Below the pieces are notes generated by a model. That model was given only the letters and a program-made list of their open reading frames with translations, had not been told where the DNA came from and ran no database searches. Shown here piece after piece: positions 18,232 to 28,152 of a stretch of 64,000 nucleotides of DNA. Position 1 is the first letter of the stretch. Every line of letters starts with the position of its first letter. Both the position numbers and the translations under genes were made by a program. The stretch lies in IMG/VR virus record IMGVR_UViG_3300034170_000057. The stretch is one strand, 5' to 3'. This DNA comes from a virus (lineage: Duplodnaviria; Caudoviricetes).

Positions 18232-18677
18232 TGGGTATCGTCGTCGGTTTTCACAAGCGCCCGGAAAGTGTAAATGGAATGAGCGAGCGCATTTTGCCCT
18301 CGATGGTAATTCCCGGCTTTCGCCTGTTCGTTGCCTACGGGCTGGCACCCTACAACGAACGCAGCTACGTGGCTGAAATCCTGATCCGTAGTTCGCCACG
18401 GGTGCAGTGTACGTCCGTAGGGCCTGTGGAAATGATCACCTATCGTTCTGTGCGTGATGGAAAGGTCAGTGGTTTTGAAGGTGAAATGTCATTGCGTGAT
18501 TGCGGCATTATCCAGAATACCTACAACATGCACTGCGCGTTTCTCACACGCGAAGCTGCCGACGCCTATCTACGGCGGATCGAAGCAGAACAGTTCACGC
18601 ACTTCGAAAAGCGTAAGTGGGACAAACTCAACGAGCGCCGCTCGATCACAATCAAGGGAACAAAGGGGAAGAAATAA
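18231..18677 (+). CDS. phage protein, NxYNxH motif family (paralog A)
   Basis: SLRDCGIIQNTYNMHCAFLTREAADAYLRR. Confidence 0.8.
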   Translation: MGIVVGFHKRPESVNGMSERILPSMVIPGFRLFVAYGLAPYNERSYVAEILIRSSPRVQCTSVGPVEMITYRSVRDGKVSGFEGEMSLRDCGIIQNTYNMHCAFLTREAADAYLRRIEAEQFTHFEKRKWDKLNERRSITIKGTKGKK

Positions 18678-19360
18678 TGCGCCATCAAATCGGTGAAAAG
18701 GTTTGGGTATTTTGGGCCGACATTGAAGACGGTTTCATGTATCCGTTTTATTCTCTCTTCAACAAGTTTGCCGAAGTGGCACCGGCTGATTTCCCGGCTG
18801 TGCAATTTCGTGAACTGACCGTTACCGAACACCATCGGGTAAAAGGCGAATACGACTGTAAAGACGCGGAGCCGACCCACGACGGTTATGTCCTGTCGGA
18901 TGCGAAAGGCGGTGTGTGGCACAACCAATACCCGTATGCAGAATTAGGCGGGCAAATGTCTGACGGTGCCCACCACGTTTTCAGTATCAGCAACGAAGGC
19001 GAGGAAGGGCGCGTGTTACTGGAATGGATGCGCGTCAACGCAGGCAGTTTGCGAGGCACTGCACCGTCACCGGCTTCTATGGCACTACTGACCCACGAAC
19101 TGCGGGACATTCGCCGCGCCCTGCACACACTGGAAACTGGCAAAGGCTATTTCGGTCAAACGTCCGAACCCGATTTGCCGCGTGCTGAAAAACTGCGGGC
19201 GTGGTTCGAATATATCCTCGGTGAATTCGGCAAACAAACCGGCCTGTCGATTAACGAAGAGCCGTGCATGGTCGCGGACAAAGACAACGACGACCAGAAA
19301 AAACATCTGGCGGGCTGGTACGATTTCACGATTGTCGAGGCACCCAAAAATGAAGCGTGA
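18677..19360 (+). CDS. hypothetical protein
   Basis: TAATG overlap, ATG 18677. Confidence 0.8.
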   Translation: MRHQIGEKVWVFWADIEDGFMYPFYSLFNKFAEVAPADFPAVQFRELTVTEHHRVKGEYDCKDAEPTHDGYVLSDAKGGVWHNQYPYAELGGQMSDGAHHVFSISNEGEEGRVLLEWMRVNAGSLRGTAPSPASMALLTHELRDIRRALHTLETGKGYFGQTSEPDLPRAEKLRAWFEYILGEFGKQTGLSINEEPCMVADKDNDDQKKHLAGWYDFTIVEAPKNEA

Positions 19361-19550
19361 AATGCAAATCGCAGCAGACACGTGTTACGAGGTCTGCAAT
19401 TACAACCAAGCTCGCTTTCTGGAGCTGATGTTAGCGCAGGGCTACGCAGCGGATCACCCGGATCTGGAATGGCTGTTAAAAAACTGGGAATTCGACGACG
19501 CTGGCCCCATGAAAAAGGATGCTGCAAATGGCAAAGAACAGGCGAGTTAA
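19350..19550 (+). CDS. hypothetical protein
   Basis: GAGG RBS, ATG 19350. Confidence 0.6.
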   Translation: MKREMQIAADTCYEVCNYNQARFLELMLAQGYAADHPDLEWLLKNWEFDDAGPMKKDAANGKEQAS

Positions 19551-19941
19551 ATACGCGGAACTGAAAGCCGGTATGACGGTGTACAAGGTGTATGCCTTTC
19601 CACACCGTGGGGAATCATCGTGGATCGTCACCTATCACGTGCTGGGCCGTCCGAAGGCTGGCCTTTCAGGTAAGGCCAAGAAACACCACTTCGTGCCGTA
19701 CACTGAATTCAATTTCTTTGACGGAAAACGCCTTGAATACAAATTCAGTATTGGCGATGCAAACGTGATTCCGAACCACTACAATTTCCACCGGCTATTC
19801 CATACCAAGAAAGCAGCCGAGGCCTACGCGAAACGCGTGCGCGCCGGGTGCCTCACAGCAGCAGAACGTAAAAGTATAGGCCGCCATGATCGCCTGTGGG
19901 CCTCTACGAAATCGGCGGTGTATCTCAAAAAAGCAGCGTAA
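19528..19941 (+). CDS. phage protein, NxYNxH motif family (paralog B)
   Basis: SIGDANVIPNHYNFHRLFHTKKAAEAYAKR. Confidence 0.8.
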   Translation: MAKNRRVKYAELKAGMTVYKVYAFPHRGESSWIVTYHVLGRPKAGLSGKAKKHHFVPYTEFNFFDGKRLEYKFSIGDANVIPNHYNFHRLFHTKKAAEAYAKRVRAGCLTAAERKSIGRHDRLWASTKSAVYLKKAA

Positions 19942-20168
19942 GTAAACTGACGGCAGTCGAGGAAGTGAAAGTGGATATTATCCAATGCAATATTTCGAGT
20001 TTCAAAGGGGAAGCGGTTCAAGGGGAACGCGACGTGATTAGCAGCAGTCGGGCGCTGGCGCGGAACGATCAGGTTTACACTGATTTCGAACTCATGGTTC
20101 GGCAGGTACAGAAACGCTTCAAAAAGCACGCGAAGAAATTTCGCAAACAACGGGCAACAATCGCATGA
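19896..20168 (+). CDS. hypothetical protein, start uncertain
   Basis: Fills the gap before 20165; basic C-terminus; true start probably later. Confidence 0.5.
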   Translation: MGLYEIGGVSQKSSVSKLTAVEEVKVDIIQCNISSFKGEAVQGERDVISSSRALARNDQVYTDFELMVRQVQKRFKKHAKKFRKQRATIA

Positions 20169-20428
20169 TCTATGTGACGGCATTTTGCGTGACGTTCATC
20201 GCAATTTTCCTGAAGGGTTTCCAGTTCAAAAATATCCAGCACAATAAGTGGTGGGGCATGTTCACCACCTCCTATGTGCAGGGCACGTTTGAATTCGTTG
20301 CAGCAGGCACCTACGCCACGATCTTTCTGCAAGGTACGTGGTGGTACTGCTTTATCAATGGATCGGCGGCTGCGATTTCAATCGTTTGCTCGACGTGGTT
20401 ACACAACAGATGGTTCGCATCCACCTGA
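20165..20428 (+). CDS. small multi-TM protein (LxGxQ...LH family, paralog A)
   Basis: FIAIFLKGFQFKN...STWLHNRWF; three hydrophobic segments. Confidence 0.75.
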   Translation: MIYVTAFCVTFIAIFLKGFQFKNIQHNKWWGMFTTSYVQGTFEFVAAGTYATIFLQGTWWYCFINGSAAAISIVCSTWLHNRWFAST

Positions 20429-20504
20429 CGAACTAGTGAAGGGCATCTAGACTGGTGCCCTTTGCAGTGCAATCAGATACTGTAAATAATACGAGGGGCT
20501 AATT

Positions 20505-20930
20505 ATGCCAGCCGTCATTGATTCGTTTAGCATCACCTACGACTATCACCGTCTGCTGATCCGCAAGGGTTTCGAAAACGGCGGGGAAACGTTGGAAAAC
20601 TTCCTGCATTATTTTCGGCAGGACTACAACGCGCAAGATGTGGTGTTCGCTGATCCGGGTTTGGGTTGGCAGTCGAACCAGTATGACGGCAAAGTGTGTG
20701 TCGGCATTTTCTGGATTTACACGCTGACCGCTGGCGGGCACAAACCGTTGCGTGTTGGAATTATCAGCACCAACGTTCACCACATGGAACACGCGGCGCT
20801 GAAATGGTTGAATGCACACCGCCAGCGCAACCCGGACAACTCCGGTCGGTGGCCTACGGTTAAATTGTCCGAGTCACGTACCGACGCAGAAGTTTGCCCG
20901 GTGCAAATTCCTGAAGAGGGAATGTTTTAA
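20505..20930 (+). CDS. hypothetical protein
   Basis: GAGGGG RBS, 141 aa. Confidence 0.75.
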   Translation: MPAVIDSFSITYDYHRLLIRKGFENGGETLENFLHYFRQDYNAQDVVFADPGLGWQSNQYDGKVCVGIFWIYTLTAGGHKPLRVGIISTNVHHMEHAALKWLNAHRQRNPDNSGRWPTVKLSESRTDAEVCPVQIPEEGMF

Positions 20931-20979
20931 GCTGTAAAAGTTTGCAACACGGAAATCTAAAAATGAGGAAGGCGAGATA

Positions 20980-21330
20980 ATGTACTACGGCGGAAGTAAA
21001 CCACGGAAAGAATATCCACGTTTGAGCGAAGCAGAATTCTTGCTGCACGCCAAATGGATGCGTACCAGTCTGGAAGTGAAAGCGACGAAGGGCGCTTATC
21101 TGGTGATGGTCGAAGGCTTGACCCAAAAGGAAGCCGCTGCCATTTCGGGTTCCAGTCAATCGAACGTGAACGAAGCCGTACAGCGCACGTCGCGCCGCCA
21201 TTACGAATTGATGGAAGTTTACGGCGCACGTTTGGGGAGTACAGCGCACGAACTTCTGGAAAACGTACTAGGTACTGTCGCGAACGGGGAATGGCAAAAT
21301 GGCAAAGAGCAAATCACAAAAGCAGGCTGA
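20980..21330 (+). CDS. TrfB/KorA-like HTH protein
   Basis: GAYLVMVEGLTQKEAAAISGSSQSNVNEAVQR. Confidence 0.7.
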   Translation: MYYGGSKPRKEYPRLSEAEFLLHAKWMRTSLEVKATKGAYLVMVEGLTQKEAAAISGSSQSNVNEAVQRTSRRHYELMEVYGARLGSTAHELLENVLGTVANGEWQNGKEQITKAG

Positions 21331-21538
21331 AGCAATTGAACGCAAGTTATCGTTTTGGGATTTGAATTTTGCGCGGTACTCTGACCGGCAGTTTCCAAAC
21401 CGTATATACAACGATCACCAGAAGCGTTTCGGGAAAGAATATGCCGACCGCGAAGCCACACACGCCCACCGTCTGTTTGCCACTTACTGCAATGAAGTAG
21501 GTCGGGATTTCCATGGCAACCCCGTTCAAGGAAAGTAA
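21299..21538 (+). CDS. hypothetical protein
   Basis: 79 aa, GGGGA RBS. Confidence 0.65.
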   Translation: MAKSKSQKQAEAIERKLSFWDLNFARYSDRQFPNRIYNDHQKRFGKEYADREATHAHRLFATYCNEVGRDFHGNPVQGK

Positions 21539-21539
21539 A

Positions 21540-22448
21540 ATGCAGCGTCCTAAACCACGCGTAGAGTACAGCGAAAAATTCCAAATGTTCGCTGATAACT
21601 TGATTACCCGTTGCGCGGAAACGAGCAGCGAGAAAGTGCGTATGACCCGCCGCCATGTAAATGCGCTGGCGGCCTACTATGGATTCGCCCCGCTGACTAA
21701 TCCGAACCAACGTGCGTTGCGTGAACTCATGGGCGAGCGTGGGTATAAAATTCAAATCGGTGCAGCCGCTGTTTTTCTGTCCCGGTTGCCGGTCACGAAT
21801 GTGGAACCCGCAATGTGGCCCGCACTGATCGACAACATTTGTCAAAAGCTGGGTGCGCTCTATCACACGTCGGACGAAAACACGTCGGGTAAAAAGCTAC
21901 TGCGTATGACCCCTGCGAAATTCCGGAACATTGCGACTATCTGGCCCGCTGATAATCTGGCTTTCAATCAGGCGTGTATCGAGGAAATGTTTGAACTCGG
22001 CTACACGATGATTTTCCGCGTGAACTACATCGACGTTTGTGCAATCGGTGACGAATCCAAACCGGGTAAGCGGAAAGCCAACGTAAAGCAGGCGCAACCG
22101 CTGATTGCCTTGATGAATGGGCGCGCTCTGTTGGAGGCTGCATTGCACCCGCGCCGTCTGGCTTGGCGTGCGGGGTTTTCTCATGCACTGATGATCAATG
22201 CCAAAGGCAAAGGCAGTTGGGCCTCTACAGCGCTCTCAAGGGCCTTGCTGAACCTGCGGGAGCCCGTACACGATAGCAACGGCGCCGCAATGACAACTCT
22301 CGCTTTGAACCACGGCGACGTTTTGCTGGTGAACGAAGCTGCCTATCCACTGATCAAATCTTGCACCGTCCGTTGCCTCGATTCTGGCTCCGTTTATGAG
22401 CCGGATATTTTGGCGAGGGCATTGAACGGGGATTCTGTAAATGACTGA
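21540..22448 (+). CDS. hypothetical protein with tandem RM/LT...ELG repeat
   Basis: KVRMTRRHVNALA...ELMGERGY and LLRMTPAKFRNIA...EMFELGY. Confidence 0.8.
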   Translation: MQRPKPRVEYSEKFQMFADNLITRCAETSSEKVRMTRRHVNALAAYYGFAPLTNPNQRALRELMGERGYKIQIGAAAVFLSRLPVTNVEPAMWPALIDNICQKLGALYHTSDENTSGKKLLRMTPAKFRNIATIWPADNLAFNQACIEEMFELGYTMIFRVNYIDVCAIGDESKPGKRKANVKQAQPLIALMNGRALLEAALHPRRLAWRAGFSHALMINAKGKGSWASTALSRALLNLREPVHDSNGAAMTTLALNHGDVLLVNEAAYPLIKSCTVRCLDSGSVYEPDILARALNGDSVND

Positions 22449-23001
22449 AGAGGTAGAACGTTCGAACAGCGCTTTCGTGACAAGGTTGTGTGCGATGAAA
22501 TTGCACAACCTGCGTCAGGTTTACGGCAACATGACATTTCGTGAAGTGGTCGAACTGGCAGAACAGTCAGACGATTATTTGTCGGCCATGAACGTATTTG
22601 ATCCTGCGTGGAAAAAGTTCACGCATGACCGCCGCGTGTTTTGGGAATATGCGTGGCTGCTTACCAGCGAAAGCGGTGGCACTTTTAGCCCGTCTGATTC
22701 ACACGTGAAATATCACAATTTCATCGTGGCGCATCCGTGGCAGCAACCGAACCTCGATTGGTGCGGTTACAAGGAATGGCTGCATAACCGGAAAGAAGAC
22801 GTGTGCGAAGAGTGGGGCCACTGGTTGCCCGTGTATTTGCGACCGGACGAAGTGGCGAGCTATGCACTGAAAATTTACCACCACCATAAAGGCCTGAATG
22901 GGCACGGTTGGCTGGCGGGAATTGAAATCGAAGAACTGGCTGTGGAGGACGATCCGCAGGTTCTATCAACGCTCCGTAATATTCAAGGGGAACGGAAATA
23001 A
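22441..23001 (+). CDS. Trp-rich hypothetical protein
   Basis: 186 aa, overlapping coupling. Confidence 0.75.
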   Translation: MTEEVERSNSAFVTRLCAMKLHNLRQVYGNMTFREVVELAEQSDDYLSAMNVFDPAWKKFTHDRRVFWEYAWLLTSESGGTFSPSDSHVKYHNFIVAHPWQQPNLDWCGYKEWLHNRKEDVCEEWGHWLPVYLRPDEVASYALKIYHHHKGLNGHGWLAGIEIEELAVEDDPQVLSTLRNIQGERK

Positions 23002-23672
23002 TGACGGCTTGTATCAGAAAGCGGGAAGGTGGGGTTTATTGGTTCGAAGGTTGTGCTGGCGACACGATTTCCAAGAATATCGACGAAGTGATCGAAAAGC
23101 TGAAAGAGCTGGAGGCCGAGGGCCAGCAGGTTAAGGGCATTCTGACTTTCAACGGTCTGGAACTGAATCTGCTGCACAACACTGACCCTGCGCTGGCGCT
23201 CGTTGTGTGGAATTCTGCGTGCGATAAACGTCACGAGGAATACATCGCTTCGGACAGTTACAAAGTGCAGCAGGAAGCGGCTGCAAAACGCCTGATCGTT
23301 TCACAGAAAAATATGGATGAATTGGTTGCACAAATTCGCCCGTTGCTTTCTGATTGGGCTGCTGTGAATGGTGGTTCTGGTATCCAGCCAAATGGAGATA
23401 CCGCGCTTCGGTTGATGGCGCTACTCAAAGAGTACATCGAAGAAGCCGACAACATTCATATCAATCACTACGGCCCGGAAATTGTCGTGCTGTTGGAAGC
23501 TGCCGGGTACAAGGAAAACGAATACACGGGCGGCAATAAACCCGTGAAGCAATACGAAACCCGTGCGTGGTTTTGTGGGCAAATGCTCAACATGATGAAA
23601 AGCCCTATGGGTTGTGCCCATCCGGGGCTAGCCTCGATGGTCGATAAATATAAACTGCATCTGAATCCGTGA
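23001..23672 (+). CDS. hypothetical protein
   Basis: 223 aa; N-terminal GDTI...LTFNG module. Confidence 0.8.
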   Translation: MTACIRKREGGVYWFEGCAGDTISKNIDEVIEKLKELEAEGQQVKGILTFNGLELNLLHNTDPALALVVWNSACDKRHEEYIASDSYKVQQEAAAKRLIVSQKNMDELVAQIRPLLSDWAAVNGGSGIQPNGDTALRLMALLKEYIEEADNIHINHYGPEIVVLLEAAGYKENEYTGGNKPVKQYETRAWFCGQMLNMMKSPMGCAHPGLASMVDKYKLHLNP

Positions 23673-23707
23673 GCTGACGGCTACACTGAGGAAGGCGAGG
23701 AAGACAA

Positions 23708-23920
23708 ATGGAAAATCGTTCTTACGAAATCGTCGATGATCGGTACGAACCGAAAAAAGGCGTGAACATTGCTGAAGCCATCCAACACGCGGTCGAGGAT
23801 GTGCAGGCAAACGCCACGGCGAAATTTGGGCTCGACGCCGAGCGCTGTGTACCCTTTACCCATAATGATCGCCCACGCGACGTGTGGGATGCGTTAATGG
23901 AAAAGATGAGGAACAATTGA
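23708..23920 (+). CDS. hypothetical protein
   Basis: GAGGAAG RBS, 70 aa. Confidence 0.7.
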   Translation: MENRSYEIVDDRYEPKKGVNIAEAIQHAVEDVQANATAKFGLDAERCVPFTHNDRPRDVWDALMEKMRNN

Positions 23921-24291
23921 TGGCCCTGAAGTTTGAGAATTGCAAACGCCGTTTTGACGTGACGGTAAAAATCCAGACGTATGACAAACACGATTGGCAG
24001 ACCGAGTACGAAGGCTCGATGTGCGTGTGGTCATATAGCCCATCCCTGCGTCAACTGACCGATCCGATTTTGGATGAAACCAAGCTGAACAAATCGGGCG
24101 CCCGCATTTCGATCCTGTACATTCGCGAACACGAATTCAGCGAATACACCCCGGCGCAAATGGGCAAGATGATGGCGCAGGAAGGCTACACGTTTTCGGA
24201 TAATCCGTATGTCGATACTGACCATTCGCAAGCGGATACTTGGATCGAATCCTTTACCAAGGAAATTGCGTTCCTCAAAAAGCGCGGCTAA
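23920..24291 (+). CDS. hypothetical protein
   Basis: TGATG overlap, GAGGA RBS. Confidence 0.75.
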   Translation: MALKFENCKRRFDVTVKIQTYDKHDWQTEYEGSMCVWSYSPSLRQLTDPILDETKLNKSGARISILYIREHEFSEYTPAQMGKMMAQEGYTFSDNPYVDTDHSQADTWIESFTKEIAFLKKRG

Positions 24292-24367
24292 ATAAGGCCC
24301 GCTGTAAAAGTAGTAATCGGGAAGTCTAACGGTAGAACAACCCTTAACGTGGAAAGTGAGAAAACAA

Positions 24368-26371
24368 ATGAGTGATTTTACCCAGTTCGGTAAAGCCGTA
24401 CACAACGCGTTCAACACCATGCTCGCCAAAGATAACGGCAAGAAAAACAACGTGTTTGTCGTGGCTGCAACCGGTGATGAATTGTGGGCGCATTACCTTG
24501 CGTCATTCCCTGAAGGCACCAACCCGATTTTCCGCACGCGCACTGAATACGATTGTTCGTGCTGCAAAAACTTTATCCGGAATATCGGCGGTGTAGTTTT
24601 CATGCAGGGCGGCGTTCGCCAGTCTGTGTGGGATATCGTTATCGAAGACGAACTGTTCCAGACCATCGCGGATTCCATGGCGAAGTTCGTAAAGAAATTG
24701 CCAATCGCACACCATTTCATCGTCAGCGAACCAGCCTACGGCGCTGAGACAACCAACACCAACGGCGAGAAGTGGCACCACTTCCACGCCAAGGTGCCTG
24801 CAATTTTCCTGTGGAAGCACAACGAAAGTAACTACGTCGGCGTGCGCCAAAACAACGTCGATGGTCTGAAGCGTTCCATCAAAGAAATTTCCGATGAATC
24901 CATCGAACAAGTTAGCGACTTGATTGATCAGGATTCGCTGTACAAGGGAGCGGAGTTCAAGTGGGCTATTGACCTGCTGCGCAAACTGAAACGTCAGTAC
25001 GCCGCACTGAAAACCAAAGCGAAGCGTGAATCGTTTTTGTGGGAAAACGCAACGGACCACACAAACATTCGTGGCAACGTGCTGGGTACGCTGCTGATTG
25101 ACCTGACAAAGGGCAAAGACCTCGAAGAAGCCGTGAAGGCATTCGAATTTAAAACCGCTGGCCCGAACTACAAGCGTTCGAAAGCACTGGTCAGCCAACG
25201 CATGATCGACGAAGCACAAAAGACAGTTGAAAAACTGGGCCTCGACGATTCGCTGTCACGTCGTTACGCAGTGCGTGAAGACATTTCGGTAAACGATGTT
25301 TTGTTTGTCGATGGTTCCGTGAAAAAGCAACTGCTGGGCGGCGCGTTCGACAGCATCAAGCCGACCAAGAAAGCGGCGGTGCCAGAACTGAAAGAAGTCG
25401 AAGAAATCAATTACAAAGATTTCCTCAAAAAGGTTCTGCCAAAAGCCGATACGCTCGAAGTGTTCTTGACCAATGAACACATGTCGAATTTCGTCAGCCT
25501 GATTGCGCCGGTACACGCCGATGCAAAACCGCTGCTGAAATGGGACAACGCATTTTCGTGGTCATACGACGGTGAAGTTACCGATTCGATCCGTGAGCGC
25601 GTGAAGAAAGCCGGTGGTAAAGTTGACGGTGATATTCGCGTGTCGCTTTCGTGGCACAACGCGGACGACCTCGACCTGCACATGACCAATGGCCGGGAAG
25701 AGATTTACTATCACAGCCGTAGCCACTTCGGCGCCACGCTCGACGTGGACATGAACGGCATGGACAAACGCGACGATGTGGCCCCGGTGGAAAACATCGT
25801 GTGGTCCAACAAAGCCAATGCGAAACCGGGCCGTTACGAAATTGTTGTGCATAATTACAGCAAGCGTTCCACGGCAAACGTCGGCTTCGAAGTTGAAGTC
25901 GAAGTGCTGGGCAAAATGTACAGCTACGCACACCCTACCGACCTTCGCGGTCAAGGTCGTATCACGGTTGGTTTTATCGTCGTTGCAAAAGACGGTGCAA
26001 TTACCGTGGAAGGCCTGAAGTTCGGCGGTTCGTCGAGTGAGAAATGGGGCGTGAAATCCGAAGAGTGGATTCCGGTCGATCTGATCACGAAGTCTCCGAA
26101 CTTCTGGAATGATCAAACCGTAGGCCATGAGCATATTTTCCTGATGCTCAAAGGCTGCGCAAACGAAGAGGGCACACGCGGTTTCTACAACGAATACCTG
26201 CGTGACGAACTGCACCCGCACCGTAAAGTTTTCGAAGTCGTTTCTTCGCAAATGAAAGTGCCGTACAGCGCTGATCAATTGAGCGGCCTTGGCTTCTCGA
26301 CTTCCAAGCGTGCCGAAATTCTGGTGCGTGTGAAAGGTGCAATCAATCGCGTTCTGAACGTTAAGTTCTAA
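24368..26371 (+). CDS. large protein with C-terminal YfaP/DUF2135-like beta-sandwich domain
   Basis: GDIRVSLSWHNADDLDLHM...LDVDMNG...PVENIVW...GRYEIVVHNY is the YfaP/DUF2135 signature. Confidence 0.7.
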   Translation: MSDFTQFGKAVHNAFNTMLAKDNGKKNNVFVVAATGDELWAHYLASFPEGTNPIFRTRTEYDCSCCKNFIRNIGGVVFMQGGVRQSVWDIVIEDELFQTIADSMAKFVKKLPIAHHFIVSEPAYGAETTNTNGEKWHHFHAKVPAIFLWKHNESNYVGVRQNNVDGLKRSIKEISDESIEQVSDLIDQDSLYKGAEFKWAIDLLRKLKRQYAALKTKAKRESFLWENATDHTNIRGNVLGTLLIDLTKGKDLEEAVKAFEFKTAGPNYKRSKALVSQRMIDEAQKTVEKLGLDDSLSRRYAVREDISVNDVLFVDGSVKKQLLGGAFDSIKPTKKAAVPELKEVEEINYKDFLKKVLPKADTLEVFLTNEHMSNFVSLIAPVHADAKPLLKWDNAFSWSYDGEVTDSIRERVKKAGGKVDGDIRVSLSWHNADDLDLHMTNGREEIYYHSRSHFGATLDVDMNGMDKRDDVAPVENIVWSNKANAKPGRYEIVVHNYSKRSTANVGFEVEVEVLGKMYSYAHPTDLRGQGRITVGFIVVAKDGAITVEGLKFGGSSSEKWGVKSEEWIPVDLITKSPNFWNDQTVGHEHIFLMLKGCANEEGTRGFYNEYLRDELHPHRKVFEVVSSQMKVPYSADQLSGLGFSTSKRAEILVRVKGAINRVLNVKF

Positions 26372-26413
26372 TCGCAATCCAAACGCAAATTCCTGCAAAA
26401 AAGAGAGAAAGTT

Positions 26414-26839
26414 ATGACTGAAGTTACTGCAAACATTTTCGAACAAGCCGCTCGCTACAAACTGCGTTTCCCTACTGATATCGGTAGCCTGACGGTTGAA
26501 CAGGTATGGGAACTGCCGCTGGAAGCCAAGGCCGGTAAACTGAGCCTCGACTTGATCGCCATCGACCTGCACGAGCAGCTGGAAAAGGTCAAAACCAAGA
26601 GCTTCGTTTCGGGCTCGAAAAAAGATCCGATCACTCAACTGCAATTCGATATCGTGAAGCACATCATCGACACCCGTATCGCTGAAAACAAAGCGAAAAC
26701 CGAATCGAAAAAACGCGAAAGCGAAATCGCGAAAATCACCGACACTCTCGCCAAGAAGAAAGACGAAGCGCTGGATGGTCTGTCGGTTGAAGCGCTGGAA
26801 GCACGCCTGCTGGAACTGAAAGGCGGCGCTGCGCAGTAA
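26414..26839 (+). CDS. phage coiled-coil protein
   Basis: IFEQAARYKLRFPTDIGSLTVEQVWELPL, then a long K/E helix. Confidence 0.8.
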   Translation: MTEVTANIFEQAARYKLRFPTDIGSLTVEQVWELPLEAKAGKLSLDLIAIDLHEQLEKVKTKSFVSGSKKDPITQLQFDIVKHIIDTRIAENKAKTESKKRESEIAKITDTLAKKKDEALDGLSVEALEARLLELKGGAAQ

Positions 26840-26901
26840 GCCCCAAACAGTTTGCACGTTCTGTTCAAAAACGTGCCACCTAATTCTGTAAGGATTCCGA
26901 C

Positions 26902-27204
26902 ATGGCACGCATAGCAAATCACGTTATGGCTGCGTCGAAAGAAATCGAAAAACTTTCTTTCGAATTGAAGAAAGGTAATCGGCTTTTAACCACCAGTGAA
27001 ATTAAAGCGCTGGACGTGCTGACTCACGAAGTTTACGCGTTGCGTGACAACCTCATAAAGGCGCTGCGTGGGCAAGGTATGCCTGTAAAAGATATCGCTG
27101 CAATTTTCGATGTATCTCCGGCCCGTATAAGCCAGCTGACTTCAGTCAAGCGAACCAAACCACGGGTGCCGGATATTATTCCAAGAGGTGACAATGAAAC
27201 TTGA
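26902..27204 (+). CDS. HTH protein
   Basis: LRGQGMPVKDIAAIFDVSPARISQL. Confidence 0.75.
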   Translation: MARIANHVMAASKEIEKLSFELKKGNRLLTTSEIKALDVLTHEVYALRDNLIKALRGQGMPVKDIAAIFDVSPARISQLTSVKRTKPRVPDIIPRGDNET

Positions 27205-27664
27205 TTGGGATGCGATCATGAAACGTATGCCGATTTACGCATACGAATATGAGGCGGTCGGCCTCAACGTGATGACGCCTAGCATTGATTACTGGCGCCC
27301 ACACGAACACCCGCCGCACCACATGCCACCGCGTGGCTGGACGGGTATCGACTACGACCTGAGCTACGATAACCTGTGCAAGGCACTCGACGGCTGGTTG
27401 AAAGAGGATTTCAATCCAAACGAAAAAGTGGTGTTGCTGGATATCGACACCGGCCATTTTTCTAACACGTTTCTTTACCGCGACAATTTGGATTCTACGC
27501 TGAAAGAAATCGCGGCGTTGAAGGCAGGCAACATCGAGGAAGTTGGGCAGCTAACGAAGAACTGGAAGTTTATCGTCTACCGGTGTGAATCTGATCCAGA
27601 TTTCGAGTTTACGCACATGATGAAAATCGTGACGAAAACCAAAGCAGAGCGAAAAGGCAAATGA
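27194..27664 (+). CDS. hypothetical protein
   Basis: GAGGTG RBS, ATG 27194. Confidence 0.75.
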   Translation: MKLDWDAIMKRMPIYAYEYEAVGLNVMTPSIDYWRPHEHPPHHMPPRGWTGIDYDLSYDNLCKALDGWLKEDFNPNEKVVLLDIDTGHFSNTFLYRDNLDSTLKEIAALKAGNIEEVGQLTKNWKFIVYRCESDPDFEFTHMMKIVTKTKAERKGK

Positions 27665-28152
27665 CCGAACGCGGTGACACTATCAAATTGAGCCGGGCCA
27701 AAAAGATACTGGCTCCATACAAAAACGTGCCGGAAATCTGCAAGGTTTTCGAAGCGACTTTCAAAGACAATTTCATCATCGTGTTTTTCATTGAAGGTTT
27801 GACCCTCACGTTGACCGATTCAAAGGGCCTGCGCCTTAGTTACTCGCTCGCAGACGCCTACGACGTGCTATGTGATATAGGCATTCGTTCGTTCGTCGTT
27901 GTGCGGCAACCTGAGCCGCTGGAACCACGACCGGGCGCACGTCAGGAAGACGAACCGATTGATCCACCGCATCCGCCCGACCGCCCGACGTTTGAAGACC
28001 TAGATAAACTGGAAGCGTCCGTGATTCGTTTGGCTGCTACAGCGGGCCTAACCATTATGGAAATGGCGCAGGCGATGCGCAGCACCACTAGCCACGTTGG
28101 CAACATGCTGGAATTGAAATACCCACCACGCAATCCACCGAAGGGCCGGTAA
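27661..28152 (+). CDS. protein with C-terminal HTH-like motif
   Basis: AGLTIMEMAQAMRSTTSHVGNML after a Pro-rich linker. Confidence 0.65.
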   Translation: MTERGDTIKLSRAKKILAPYKNVPEICKVFEATFKDNFIIVFFIEGLTLTLTDSKGLRLSYSLADAYDVLCDIGIRSFVVVRQPEPLEPRPGARQEDEPIDPPHPPDRPTFEDLDKLEASVIRLAATAGLTIMEMAQAMRSTTSHVGNMLELKYPPRNPPKGR

